Virus record (IMG/VR): IMGVR_UViG_3300032285_004008
Source of the DNA: a virus
DNA length: 64,000 nt
Direction: 5' to 3' (one strand)
This document shows, piece by piece, positions 19,641 through 30,476 of the stretch. The notes under the pieces were generated by a model that was given only the letters and a program-made list of their open reading frames with translations, was not told the origin of the DNA and did not search any database. Both the position numbers and the translations under genes were made by a program. Every line of letters begins with the position of its first letter. Positions within the stretch are counted from its first letter, which is position 1.

Positions 19641-22004
19641 ATGTCACGTCAATTCCTAACGGGGCTCAATCTTAATAAGAATGAGCTACAAAATGCCAGA
19701 ATTCAAAACCTAGCTACCGCCCCGTCATCTCCTGTAGCAGGTCAAATTTATTTTGATACTACCCATCACCACCTTCGCCAATGGGACGGCTCTCAATGGC
19801 TAACTTATGCCTCACTAGCTGAGCTACAGACAGCCCTAACCACAGGCACTCAGACTAACATCAGCGTTACCTATGATGCAGGTAGTGGTGTCTACAACTT
19901 TGTGGCTGAAAACGGCGTTGCTGACTCAACTACTGATGATCTAGAAGAAGGCACTACTAACCTATACTTCACCAACCAGCGTGCAATCGATGCCGTTGGC
20001 GGTTCTGCTACCTCAGCAAATACTCCTAATACTGTTGTAAAGCGCGGAACATCTGGCGAATTTGCTGCTGGAACCATTACTACCAATGCTGTCTCTTCAG
20101 AGGCAGGAGATGCCTTCACCCTAACTGGTAGCACCAGCGTAGATATTACTGCAAATAATGGATATGTAGGCCTTAATGTAACTGACGGTGCTTATGTTAA
20201 CGAAGACGAGATTGTCACTAGAACTGCATCTCAGACTCTAACCAATAAGACTCTAGATACAGCTACCCTCAAGGGTCGTATTTCTCTAACTGACTCTGGC
20301 AACACCGAGACCGCCTACATCGAGCACTCATATACAGGTACTACCAGAATTGTTTCTGGCGATGACTTTGCTATCCGCTCTACTGATGGTGACATCATCC
20401 TTTATCCAGGAAATGACAATGGCGGAACTGGTCGTGCATACGTCCACTGGGGTAATGATGCTACTGGTGCTGGCCTTGGTAATGAAATCCTTACCAGAGA
20501 TGCATCTCAGGTAATTACTAACAAGACTGTAAACGATGAGTTGTACTTCACAAACCCATCTACCTACCCTACCGTTGATGGTGGAATCAAGGTAAATGAC
20601 TCTACCGAAGTCCTCGAGATCCACGGATACACTACAGGCATCGAGCTTCTAACAGCTAATGGAGATATTACTCTTTCTCCAGATGCTAACGTACACGTTA
20701 ATTCAAGCGTAATTGCCACCAATAACCTATACGGTCGTCTAGGTATTTTTGGTGGTCCAGACAATGACAATGATGGTGGCCTATATGTCTACAAGGTAGG
20801 CGGAGGAGAGACCTTCTCTGTAGATGCAAGTGCAGATACTGCCATCGTTCACGGCTCGCTACAGATTGCAGCTCCTGGAGCTGGCTACTCTGTAATCGGA
20901 ATCAGCGAAGACGGTAGCGGTAACGGTATCATCAACGGTTGGAACAACAACCTTATCCTTACCTCAGATAATGGTGCTCATGGCGTGTATCTAGGAAGCG
21001 TAGCTAACGATAACCGCGTAGTTACTCAGGGTGCAAACCAGTACCTAAATAACAAGACACTTGGTGTAGGTACAGTCCTAGGCGATAACCTAGATGCTGA
21101 TGGCTACAAGATTATTAATCTTGCTACTCCGACTGATCCTAATGATGCAGCTACCAAGGCATATGTTGACAACGCAACTGCAGGTCTAACCTGGAAGAAC
21201 GCTGTAGACCTTCTATGGGATGACTCTAATGCAGGTCTGACCGGAGATACCGGAACTCTAGTAATTGATGGACACACTGCCCTAAACACCAGCCACGTCG
21301 GTTACCGCATTCTCATTACCAGTGGCACAAACGCAGGTATCTGGAGCTACGCTGATGATGGCGATGTTTGGACCCTTTCTCGTGCAACTGATGCTGATGC
21401 TTTCGCTGAGCTAAAGGGTGCAACCGTATTCGTCGAGGAAGGCGAAACTTACGGACAGTCAGCTTGGACTCAGGCTAACCACTACATTGCTGATTTTACT
21501 GGACAAGACTGGGTACAGTTCTCTGGTGGTTCTCAGATTATTGCTGGTGCAGGTCTAACTAAGTCTGGGAATCAACTTGATGCAGTTGGTACTGCTGATA
21601 GAATCACCGTAAATTCTGACAGTATTGACATTGCTTCTACCTATGTAGGTCAAGAATCAATCACTACTCTCGGTACAATCACCACTGGTGAATGGAATGG
21701 TACAACCATTGCTGTAGCTGACGGTGGTACTGGAGCAACTACTGCTGCTGGTGCACGTGAAAACCTTGGTGCAACTACTAAGTACGCTGCAAATAACCCT
21801 GCACTTACTGCCGTGTCTGGCAGCGTTTCATGGGTAGTTAGCCACAATCTAGGAACTGAAGACGTAATTGTTCAGCTAAAAGATATAAGTACTAAGGAAT
21901 TAGTAGAAGTTGATGTTGACATCACTAGCACAAATACAGTTACCCTTTCATGGGTTTCTAGTAACGTTGCTGATGACTCATTCCGCGTTGTTGTTGTAGG
22001 CTAG
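19641..22004 (+). CDS. Tail fibre/appendage protein
   Basis: Thr/Gly/Asn-rich; QTLTNKTL, NLATPTDPNDAATKAYVD and IAVADGGTGATTAAGARENLG fibre repeats. Confidence 0.75.
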   Translation: MSRQFLTGLNLNKNELQNARIQNLATAPSSPVAGQIYFDTTHHHLRQWDGSQWLTYASLAELQTALTTGTQTNISVTYDAGSGVYNFVAENGVADSTTDDLEEGTTNLYFTNQRAIDAVGGSATSANTPNTVVKRGTSGEFAAGTITTNAVSSEAGDAFTLTGSTSVDITANNGYVGLNVTDGAYVNEDEIVTRTASQTLTNKTLDTATLKGRISLTDSGNTETAYIEHSYTGTTRIVSGDDFAIRSTDGDIILYPGNDNGGTGRAYVHWGNDATGAGLGNEILTRDASQVITNKTVNDELYFTNPSTYPTVDGGIKVNDSTEVLEIHGYTTGIELLTANGDITLSPDANVHVNSSVIATNNLYGRLGIFGGPDNDNDGGLYVYKVGGGETFSVDASADTAIVHGSLQIAAPGAGYSVIGISEDGSGNGIINGWNNNLILTSDNGAHGVYLGSVANDNRVVTQGANQYLNNKTLGVGTVLGDNLDADGYKIINLATPTDPNDAATKAYVDNATAGLTWKNAVDLLWDDSNAGLTGDTGTLVIDGHTALNTSHVGYRILITSGTNAGIWSYADDGDVWTLSRATDADAFAELKGATVFVEEGETYGQSAWTQANHYIADFTGQDWVQFSGGSQIIAGAGLTKSGNQLDAVGTADRITVNSDSIDIASTYVGQESITTLGTITTGEWNGTTIAVADGGTGATTAAGARENLGATTKYAANNPALTAVSGSVSWVVSHNLGTEDVIVQLKDISTKELVEVDVDITSTNTVTLSWVSSNVADDSFRVVVVG

Positions 22005-22029
22005 TTTCACAATATACTAAGGATAAAAC

Positions 22030-22479
22030 TTGTCTAGAAAGTTTTTAACACCGATAAACCTACCGCATGGGACCACTCTTCCATCGGTAGGTTCATCTGG
22101 TGATTTATTTTACAAAACAGACGAGCAAACAGTATATGTACATACATCTACGAGATGGATTGCGGCTCAAGGTGGCGGTAGCGGTGGGTACCTATCATCT
22201 TTATATGATGTCTCTATAACAGCGCCTATAGAGGGAGACATTCTCCTATATAACAGCGCAGACTCTACATGGCAAAATACTTCTCTAGCCGATATTCTAT
22301 ATGGCCCTGTAAGCACAGCCTGGATGAGCCAAGTAATGACAAATGTATTAATAGAGACCGGACTATTAAATGGTGATAGCGGATTATACAACGCTCAGCC
22401 AACTGGTACAATTGATGGTGGAACCCCGACCACTTCTTACCTAATTACCTATGATGGTGGAAACGAAAGTAGCTTCTAA
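22030..22479 (+). CDS. Small fibre-associated structural protein
   Basis: N-terminus resembles 19641 (MSR.FLT..NL); [15 protein letters not shown]....W repeat module. Confidence 0.6.
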   Translation: MSRKFLTPINLPHGTTLPSVGSSGDLFYKTDEQTVYVHTSTRWIAAQGGGSGGYLSSLYDVSITAPIEGDILLYNSADSTWQNTSLADILYGPVSTAWMSQVMTNVLIETGLLNGDSGLYNAQPTGTIDGGTPTTSYLITYDGGNESSF

Positions 22480-25400
22480 TGGCAATTAAGATTCAGATTA
22501 GACGCGGTACAGCCGCTAACTGGACCTCGACCAATCCTACTCTTTCAGTCGGAGAACTAGCTCTAGAGACGGATACCGGTAAACTAAAGGTAGGTACCGG
22601 CACAACAGCATGGGTAGACCTAGCTTATGCAGGAATGACTCCCACTGAGGTGGCAACTGCTATTACAACAGCTGTTTCCAATGTCATTGATATGGCACCA
22701 GGTGCTCTAGATACTCTAAATGAGCTAGCTGCAGCAATCAATGATGATCCAGCATTCTTTAGTAGCATTGCAACAAACATTTCAGGTGCTATTACAACAG
22801 CTAACACCTATACCGATACTTCTATCAATGCACTTACCACTTCAGACATTGAAGAAGGTACTAACAAATACTTTACAGACGAGCGTGCTCAAGATGCTGT
22901 CGCTGCAGCAATAGCCGCTGGAACCCATGCAAACATCACTATTACTTACGATGATGTACACAACAAGATTAGTTTTGCCGCCGAGAATGGTGTTGCTGAC
23001 TCAACTACAGATGACTTAGCTGAAGGTACTAACCACAAATACTTCACCAACCAGCGTGCATTGGATGCGACTGCTAGTGCTATCTCTACTGCTGCAAGCG
23101 GAGCAGTAACCTCTGCAAATGGGTATACCGATACAGCTGTATCTAACTTAGTAGATGCTGCCCCTGGACTACTCAATACCCTAAATGAGCTAGCTGCGGC
23201 CATCAACGATGATGCCAACTTCTCTACTACAGTTGCTACTAGCATCGGTACTGCTAAGACTGATGCTATTGACCACGCTGATAGCATTATGGCCACCCAC
23301 GAGGGTCTTACTACAAATGTTCACGGTATCTCAGATACTCGTAACTTAGTCTATGAAACCCAGTTGATCACTAATATCAACACTCACTCAAACAAAACTA
23401 CCAATGTGCACGGCATTGCGGATACCAATGCAATTGCTCTGAAAAATAACCCAACATTTACCGGTAGCGTATCTCTTCCAGTGGATACAACAATTGCCAC
23501 ATATGGTGGAGTTCACACTGTAGGGCCGAATCAGTTCACTACTCTTAGCGAAATTACTGCTTCTGCAGCAGAAATTAACACCCTAGATGGTATTACAGCT
23601 AGTACGGCTGAGCTCAATACTCTAGACGGCATCACTGCAAGCACATCTGAATTAAATACTCTAGACGGCATCACTGCAACTACTACAGAGTTAAACACTC
23701 TACATGGCCTTACAGCTAGCACAGCCGAGTTAAATACTCTAGATGGCATTACTGCTAGCACTACCGAGCTAAATATTCTAGATGGAATCCTAGCAACCAC
23801 AGCAGAGCTAAATACTTTAAATGGCATCACTGCAAGTACATCTGAATTAAATACACTAGATGGAATAGTTGCTACTACCGTAGAGCTAAACTATCTTTCT
23901 GGTGTTACAGGGGCTATTCAAACTCAAATTAGCAGCAAAGCTCCTATAGATAGTCCTACATTTACTGGCACTGTCTCAGGTATAACCAAGGCAATGGTTG
24001 GCCTAGGAAACGTCAATAATACTTCAGATGCAAATAAGCCAGTATCTATTGCAGCTCAAACCGCTTTAGATCTTAAGGCTAACCTTTCTGGTGGAGCTAC
24101 CTTCACAGGAACCATCAGCCTTCCTCAAACTACCTCTATTGGTAACGTATCCGCCACCGAGCTCAACTATCTAGATGGTGTTACATCTGCAGTTCAGACC
24201 CAGTTGGATTCAAAAGCACCGCTATCTGGTCCAACATTTACTGGAACTGTAGTTCTTCCAAGTACTACTTCAATTGGTAACGTATCTGCAACTGAAATAG
24301 GATACGTAGATGGAGTTACCTCTTCAATTCAGACCCAGTTGGATGCCAAGGCTCCTACTGCAGATCCTACATTTACTGGAACAGTATCCGGTATCACAAA
24401 GTCGATGGTTGGCCTAGGCAATGTAAATAATACCTCGGATGTAAATAAACCAGTAAGCACTGCTACTCAGACTGCTCTAGATCTTAAACAAGATAAGGTA
24501 ACTGGCGTATCTGATACCGAAATCGGATACCTAGATGGCGTTACTAGTTCGATCCAGACTCAGCTTGATTCAAAGCTAGCTTCATCTACTGCAGCTTCTA
24601 CTTATGCACCATTAGCAGCACCTACCTTTACTGGAACCGTTGTCCTGCCATCAACTACTTCTATTGGAAGTGTCTCAGCCATCGAGATTGGTTATGTGGA
24701 TGGTGTAACTTCGGCTATCCAGACTCAGCTTGATTCAAAGCTAGCTTCATCTACTGCAGCTTCTACTTATGCTCCGATTGATAGCCCTACGTTTACAGGT
24801 ACGGTTTCTGGCATTACTAAGTCTATGGTTGGTTTGGGCAACGTTACCAATACTTCTGATGCCAATAAGCCAGTATCAACTGCTCAGCAGACTGCTCTAG
24901 ATGCAAAACTTTCCCTAAGCGGCGGCACCATGACAGGAGCCTTGACGCTTTCAGGTGCTCCAACTTCTGATCTACATGCAGCTACAAAGCTATATGTGGA
25001 TGGAGTTGCCTCGGGCATTAACTTCCACGCTCCAGTAGTTGCAGCTACAGCCGGAAATCTTGCTGGAACATATGACAACGGTACAAATGGGTATGGTGCA
25101 ACTCTAACAAAAGCATCTAATGGATCAATTGGAACTATTGATGGTGCATCAGTAGTAGTTGGTTCACGTATCTTACTCCGTGCACAGACCGATGCAAAAC
25201 AAAATGGTATTTATACCATTACTGCTGTAGGTAGTGGATCAGCTCCTTGGCAGATAACTCGTGCTGCAGATGCTGACAATAACCCATCTGGTGAACTTGC
25301 CGGTGGAGATTTCTGCTTCGTTACAGGTGGTAGCACCTATGCAAACACTGGATTTATCTTATCTAACTCTGGCTCAGTTGCAATTGGAACTGACAATGTT

Positions 25401-26201
25401 ACATATGTGCAGTTCAATGCTGCTCAAGCAATTGTTACCGGGTATGGTCTAACTAAAACTGGTGGAACAATTGCTGCAGATAACACTGTACTTGCTCCAC
25501 TTGATGCTCCAACCTTCACGGGAACAGTGGTACTGCCAAGTACAACATCTATAGGTAGCGTAAGTGCCACGGAGATTGGGTATGTAGATGGCGTTACTAG
25601 TTCGATCCAAACTCAGCTAGATGCTAAAGCACCAAGCTCTTCTCCTACCTTTACCGGAACTGTGACTACCCCGCTATCTACAGCTGGATATGTTAAGACT
25701 AATTCAAGTGGTGTTCTGAGCTCATCTGCGGCCATTTCACCATCAGATATTACTGGAACTGCAGTTATTACAACAGACTCTCGTCTATCTGATTCTCGTA
25801 CACCTACCGGTTCTGCTGGTGGAGACCTTACTGGAACATACCCAAACCCGACCTTAGCAACTACAACAGTCACCGCTGGTTCATACACAAGTGCAAACAT
25901 CACAGTTGACTCTAAGGGTCGCATTACTGCTGCATCTAAGGGAGCAGCTGTAACTTCAGCCTCTTCTGCACCATCATCACCTACTGCAGGAGATGTTTGG
26001 TTTAATACAAATGATGGAAACCTATATGTCTACTACGGCACCACATGGGTTCTATCTAATGGAGTTACAAACCCTAATGGTTCTGGAGTTCCAGCAGGCG
26101 GAACTACCGGTCAAGTCTTAGTTAAAAAATCAGGCACTGATAACGATACTCAATGGGTCACACAGAGCGTTGATATAATGGTTATCATGGGTGCCTACTA
26201 A
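22479..26201 (+). CDS. Long tail fibre with Mtd_N/hyaluronidase-like N-terminal domain and internal repeats
   Basis: [11 protein letters not shown]...NP.L..GE...[15 protein letters not shown]-terminus; repeats [39 protein letters not shown]. Confidence 0.8.
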   Translation: MAIKIQIRRGTAANWTSTNPTLSVGELALETDTGKLKVGTGTTAWVDLAYAGMTPTEVATAITTAVSNVIDMAPGALDTLNELAAAINDDPAFFSSIATNISGAITTANTYTDTSINALTTSDIEEGTNKYFTDERAQDAVAAAIAAGTHANITITYDDVHNKISFAAENGVADSTTDDLAEGTNHKYFTNQRALDATASAISTAASGAVTSANGYTDTAVSNLVDAAPGLLNTLNELAAAINDDANFSTTVATSIGTAKTDAIDHADSIMATHEGLTTNVHGISDTRNLVYETQLITNINTHSNKTTNVHGIADTNAIALKNNPTFTGSVSLPVDTTIATYGGVHTVGPNQFTTLSEITASAAEINTLDGITASTAELNTLDGITASTSELNTLDGITATTTELNTLHGLTASTAELNTLDGITASTTELNILDGILATTAELNTLNGITASTSELNTLDGIVATTVELNYLSGVTGAIQTQISSKAPIDSPTFTGTVSGITKAMVGLGNVNNTSDANKPVSIAAQTALDLKANLSGGATFTGTISLPQTTSIGNVSATELNYLDGVTSAVQTQLDSKAPLSGPTFTGTVVLPSTTSIGNVSATEIGYVDGVTSSIQTQLDAKAPTADPTFTGTVSGITKSMVGLGNVNNTSDVNKPVSTATQTALDLKQDKVTGVSDTEIGYLDGVTSSIQTQLDSKLASSTAASTYAPLAAPTFTGTVVLPSTTSIGSVSAIEIGYVDGVTSAIQTQLDSKLASSTAASTYAPIDSPTFTGTVSGITKSMVGLGNVTNTSDANKPVSTAQQTALDAKLSLSGGTMTGALTLSGAPTSDLHAATKLYVDGVASGINFHAPVVAATAGNLAGTYDNGTNGYGATLTKASNGSIGTIDGASVVVGSRILLRAQTDAKQNGIYTITAVGSGSAPWQITRAADADNNPSGELAGGDFCFVTGGSTYANTGFILSNSGSVAIGTDNVTYVQFNAAQAIVTGYGLTKTGGTIAADNTVLAPLDAPTFTGTVVLPSTTSIGSVSATEIGYVDGVTSSIQTQLDAKAPSSSPTFTGTVTTPLSTAGYVKTNSSGVLSSSAAISPSDITGTAVITTDSRLSDSRTPTGSAGGDLTGTYPNPTLATTTVTAGSYTSANITVDSKGRITAASKGAAVTSASSAPSSPTAGDVWFNTNDGNLYVYYGTTWVLSNGVTNPNGSGVPAGGTTGQVLVKKSGTDNDTQWVTQSVDIMVIMGAY
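23553..23909 (+). repeat. Tandem 39-bp (13-aa) coding repeat, about 9 copies of ITAST.ELNTLDG
   Basis: Read directly from the translation. Confidence 0.85.
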
Positions 26202-26235
26202 TAAACCCACCATATTAATAAGGAAGTAGTAACTA

Positions 26236-26550
26236 ATGGCTACGTTAACAAAGGCTCTAGCAAGAGCTTCATTTGCAACATCAGTTGGAGACCTATACAC
26301 AGTCCCAACTACCGGAACCACGACCATCGTAACTAACATTGTAATTACTAATACAACTAGTTCTGCAGGTACTTTTACTATTCTGCTAGATGGTGTTGAG
26401 CTCTTTGCAACTAGCCCAATTGCTGGAAATGCTACCGTTTCTATGGACCTAAAGCAGGTTTTGGATGCCAATGCTACTCCAAAGAAGATTAGAGGATTTG
26501 CCTCTGCAACTACTATCAAAGTACACATCAGTGGAGTGGAGCTATCCTAA
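26236..26550 (+). CDS. Small virion structural protein
   Basis: LYTVP...TTIV.NI...N...HISGVE beta-rich module; coupled to the next gene. Confidence 0.6.
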   Translation: MATLTKALARASFATSVGDLYTVPTTGTTTIVTNIVITNTTSSAGTFTILLDGVELFATSPIAGNATVSMDLKQVLDANATPKKIRGFASATTIKVHISGVELS

Positions 26551-29500
26551 TGTCATCTAATATCTATCCAAATCCTAATTCAGTCTTTACTCCTACAGAG
26601 GTTTTAAACGACCCTGTAAATAAGCTACGTACCTCAAGCCCACAGGCTCTTATTGATACTGACTTCGAGTATGGTACTCAGATTTCAAAGTGGGAAAACC
26701 TAGCTGCAACAAATAACCGTCCATTTGCAGCACCATCGGCCACCACATTGAGTAATATTTCTTCGATGACTATGTCTTCAAATGCTCGTGTAGTTACTGT
26801 TTCTCTCTCAACCACTTCGTCTACACCAAACTCTGTAGCCTCTGCCACTCCTGTTACTGGTTTTGCCACGTACACTACTGCTGCTAGCCACGGATTCTTC
26901 CCTGGTCAATACGTAACAATTGCCGGTTCCTCTGTATCTGGCTATAACGGAACATTTTTAATTACATCAACCCCTACTGCAACCACATTTGTTGTAGCCA
27001 ACTCAACTACGGGAACTCCATCATGGTCAGGTGCATCTGCACTTGCTGGTGTTGCTCCAGCAGTTGGCTCGGCAATCACGGTACAGGATACATACCTAAA
27101 TATTGCAAATGGTAACTTCTTGATTGAGACCGGTGGTGGAACTGGTACTTTTACCTACTTAGGTCGTGCTCAGAATACCCTGGGTGTTACTTCAATTTTT
27201 GACCCAAACAAGACATCTATTGCTGTAGCAACTATTTATACAAATGCTCAGATTGGTGGAGCACCTACAGTAACAGTTTCAGGTACTGATCTAAAAGTCA
27301 CAGTAACAACAACTGTACCTCACGGATTATCAGTAGGCAATGAAATAGGTGTTACCGGTATTACCGGAACTAACCCACCAAATGGTTCGTATCAGGTAGC
27401 TACAGTTGCCTCTCCTACTACTTTTGTATATTATGCAGATCCTACAGAAGGAACCCCTTCTAGCTTGACTGCATCATCTGCAGCTATATATGTTCGTCCA
27501 CAAGCTCAGTTCCTACACCGTCCATTTGATGGTGGAGTTCTTTTCTCTGCTAACGGTTCTTCCAACTATGAAACTGCAATTCGCCAGACTCGTCGTTACT
27601 TCCGTTACCAGTCTGGTAAGGGTATCCAGATGTCTTCTGGAACTATCTTTAAGCCATATGGAAATATTGACAGCATTACCTCTAGCGGTGGAGTTGCAAC
27701 TGTAACCACTAAGGAGCAGCACAATATTCAGCCTGGAACAACTATCGTTATTTCTGGAGCAAATGAGTCAGCATATAACGGTTCATTTACTGTTAGCAGT
27801 ATTACCGGTTATAACTCCTTCACATATGCAATTACCGGAAGCCCTGCTAGCCCAGCAACTGGAATTGTAAACGTAAACGTAAATACTTGGTACGGAGCAG
27901 CTAACCGTCTAGGAATTTTTGACAGCCAGAATGGACTTTTCTGGGAATTTGATGGTCAGAACCTATATGCAGTTAAGCGTTCTTCTACTCAGCAGCTTTC
28001 TGGCCGAGTAGACGTTACCAATGGATCAAATGTTGTCTCTAGAACTACATCCGCATTCCCTACTGCATTCTCTAGCCAGCTAAACCCTGGCGACTATGTA
28101 GTTATTCGCGGGCAGTCTTACCGAGTATTGGCAATTGATGACATATCATCTACACCAAACTTCACTATCTCTCCTTCATACCGTGGAGCTTCTACTTCAC
28201 ACGTAACTGTGTCTAAAACAATCGAGACTCGTATCCCTCAGTCGCAGTTTAATCTAGATAAACTAGATGGAACCGGCCCTTCTGGGTACACCATCGATCT
28301 AACCAAGATGCAGATGTTCTATGTGGACTACTCTTGGTATGGTGCTGGTTTTATCCGCTGGGGTGTACGTGCCACAAATGGTGACGTTATTTATGCACAC
28401 AAGATGCAAAACAATAACGTCAACAATGAAGCATACATGCGTTCAGGAAACCTTCCAGGTCGCTACGAGTCGCAGACTCTACCACCGACTACTAAGGTGA
28501 CTGCAAATATTGGTGCATCTGATACAACACTTACTGTTTCAGATACCTCATCTTTCCCTACTACTGGAACTCTTCTTATCCGTCCAAGTACAGCAACTAA
28601 CCAAGCATCGTTGACATATGAATATGTAAACTACACTGGTAAAACTGCAACTACTTTCACTGGTTTGACTCGTTCTCAGGCTGGCGCAGCTGGAGTAACT
28701 ACTACCTGGACAGCAGGCTCTAACTCAGGTACCGTATCCAGTGCAACAGGTATCCAGATCGGTCAACGAGTAGTATCTAGCACTAGCCCTAACCCAGTGC
28801 CAGACGGTACTTTTGTTACTGGAATTAGCGGAACAACTGTTACACTCAACTCTGCTCTAACGGCTAATAACCCGACTTTGATTTTTGCTCCGCTAGGTGC
28901 AACTTCTGGTACTGCTTATACATACTCAGCAGCATCTCCAATTTCAGTTGAGCTAGCAGCGCCTACATTCTCACCATCGGTATCTCACTGGGGTACCTCG
29001 GTTATTATGGATGGTCGATTCGATGACGACAAGTCTCTTATCTTCACATACGGTCAGACTAACTTTGCAACTATTGCTTCTGGTGCTAGCAAGGCTCTTA
29101 TGTCAATCCGAGTAGCTCCGTCTGTGGATAACGGTATTGGAGCTGCTTTTGGAGCTCGCGACTTGATTAACCGCATGCAGCTAAAGATGAGCGCCTTGGA
29201 TATCACTACTAAGACGACAGGTGCAAACCTTTTGATTCGTGCATATCTAAATGGTGTACCTTCATCGGCAACCGCATGGACAAACGCTGTGGGCAATATC
29301 CCAGGCGTTGTTAACTCGTCTCTAGCTCAGATTGCTGACCATGGTACCGGTGTGACAACAGTTTATGGTGGAGAAGTTACCGGTGGATTCTTTGTATCTA
29401 CAACTGGTTCGATTGATCTAGGATCTCTACGAGACCTAGGTAACTCTATCCTAGGTGGTGGCTCCACAGTAGCAAACACCGGAATCTACCCAGATGGACC

Positions 29501-29588
29501 TGATACACTTACATTTGTAGTTACAAATGTTGGTACAACATCTGCAGATGTACTTGGACGCATCTCTTGGACTGAAGCGCAGGCATAA
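26550..29588 (+). CDS. Large virion structural protein with repeated beta modules
   Basis: PQALIDTDFEYG.Q..KWE, RQTRRYFRYQSGKG, repeated TT..PHG....GQ.VTI.G modules; Thr/Ser/Gly-rich. Confidence 0.65.
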   Translation: MSSNIYPNPNSVFTPTEVLNDPVNKLRTSSPQALIDTDFEYGTQISKWENLAATNNRPFAAPSATTLSNISSMTMSSNARVVTVSLSTTSSTPNSVASATPVTGFATYTTAASHGFFPGQYVTIAGSSVSGYNGTFLITSTPTATTFVVANSTTGTPSWSGASALAGVAPAVGSAITVQDTYLNIANGNFLIETGGGTGTFTYLGRAQNTLGVTSIFDPNKTSIAVATIYTNAQIGGAPTVTVSGTDLKVTVTTTVPHGLSVGNEIGVTGITGTNPPNGSYQVATVASPTTFVYYADPTEGTPSSLTASSAAIYVRPQAQFLHRPFDGGVLFSANGSSNYETAIRQTRRYFRYQSGKGIQMSSGTIFKPYGNIDSITSSGGVATVTTKEQHNIQPGTTIVISGANESAYNGSFTVSSITGYNSFTYAITGSPASPATGIVNVNVNTWYGAANRLGIFDSQNGLFWEFDGQNLYAVKRSSTQQLSGRVDVTNGSNVVSRTTSAFPTAFSSQLNPGDYVVIRGQSYRVLAIDDISSTPNFTISPSYRGASTSHVTVSKTIETRIPQSQFNLDKLDGTGPSGYTIDLTKMQMFYVDYSWYGAGFIRWGVRATNGDVIYAHKMQNNNVNNEAYMRSGNLPGRYESQTLPPTTKVTANIGASDTTLTVSDTSSFPTTGTLLIRPSTATNQASLTYEYVNYTGKTATTFTGLTRSQAGAAGVTTTWTAGSNSGTVSSATGIQIGQRVVSSTSPNPVPDGTFVTGISGTTVTLNSALTANNPTLIFAPLGATSGTAYTYSAASPISVELAAPTFSPSVSHWGTSVIMDGRFDDDKSLIFTYGQTNFATIASGASKALMSIRVAPSVDNGIGAAFGARDLINRMQLKMSALDITTKTTGANLLIRAYLNGVPSSATAWTNAVGNIPGVVNSSLAQIADHGTGVTTVYGGEVTGGFFVSTTGSIDLGSLRDLGNSILGGGSTVANTGIYPDGPDTLTFVVTNVGTTSADVLGRISWTEAQA

Positions 29589-29590
29589 AA

Positions 29591-30451
29591 ATGGCACTTA
29601 CTTTCCCTTCTAGCCCTACTAATGGCCAGATTTATACATATAGCGGTAAATCTTATACATGGAACGGCACAGCGTGGACCCCGAATGCTCCAACATTTAC
29701 AGCTAGCCGTGCCTTAGCAACCGATAGTAACGGGTCTATTGCTGCGTCTAGTGTAACTACTACAGAACTAGGGTATGTTTCAGGAGTCACATCAGCAGTT
29801 CAGACTCAGTTAGATGGAAAAGCTGCTATTGATTCGCAGACCTTGACTGGAACTCCAAAGGCTCCAACCGCTTCAGCTGACACAAACACCACTCAGCTAG
29901 CTACCACAGCTTTTGTTGTTGGTCAGGCTTCTTCATCAACTCCTGCTAATAATGGAACAGCCGCGGTAGGTACATCTCTTAAGTATGCCCGTGCTGATCA
30001 CGTTCACGCCTCCGACACAACCAAAGCATCTCTATCAGGTGCATCATTTACAGGCAGTGTTGGTGTTGCTTCAGCCGGATTAGTATTCTCTGATTCGACC
30101 ACCCAGGTGACTGCTGGTGTTCCATCTTTGACTACAATTAAGTCAACACTCTCGTCTAACACCTCAACATCTGCTCTAAGCTCAGCGCTAACCTATAGAG
30201 ATGCATTAGTACCTCTATCTGGTGCTGTAAACCTTACAATAGATGCAGACGGAACCAACTCAATCACTTTTCCTATCGGAACTTCAATTGACTTTTATCA
30301 GAGCTCAGGGACAGGCGCCGTGTTTGTCCAGGGATCGGGAGTGACTTTGCAGTATACGCCGGGTCTAAAGTTCAGGGCAACATACTCATCTGCTACTATT
30401 ACTAAGGTAGCTACTAACACTTGGCTGGTTTACGGCGACCTCTCAGCCTAA
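29591..30451 (+). CDS. Tail fibre protein
   Basis: LTGTPKAPTA..DTNTTQLATTAFV and ARADHVH fibre motifs; N-terminal FPSSPT.GQ.Y...W module. Confidence 0.7.
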   Translation: MALTFPSSPTNGQIYTYSGKSYTWNGTAWTPNAPTFTASRALATDSNGSIAASSVTTTELGYVSGVTSAVQTQLDGKAAIDSQTLTGTPKAPTASADTNTTQLATTAFVVGQASSSTPANNGTAAVGTSLKYARADHVHASDTTKASLSGASFTGSVGVASAGLVFSDSTTQVTAGVPSLTTIKSTLSSNTSTSALSSALTYRDALVPLSGAVNLTIDADGTNSITFPIGTSIDFYQSSGTGAVFVQGSGVTLQYTPGLKFRATYSSATITKVATNTWLVYGDLSA

Positions 30452-30476
30452 AAATTTTAAGGTAGAATGACATACT

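Noticed and set aside
23553-23909. CRISPR-like periodic repeat
   Set aside because: In-frame 39-bp coding repeat without unique spacers; the Cas4-like gene sits in a recombination module.
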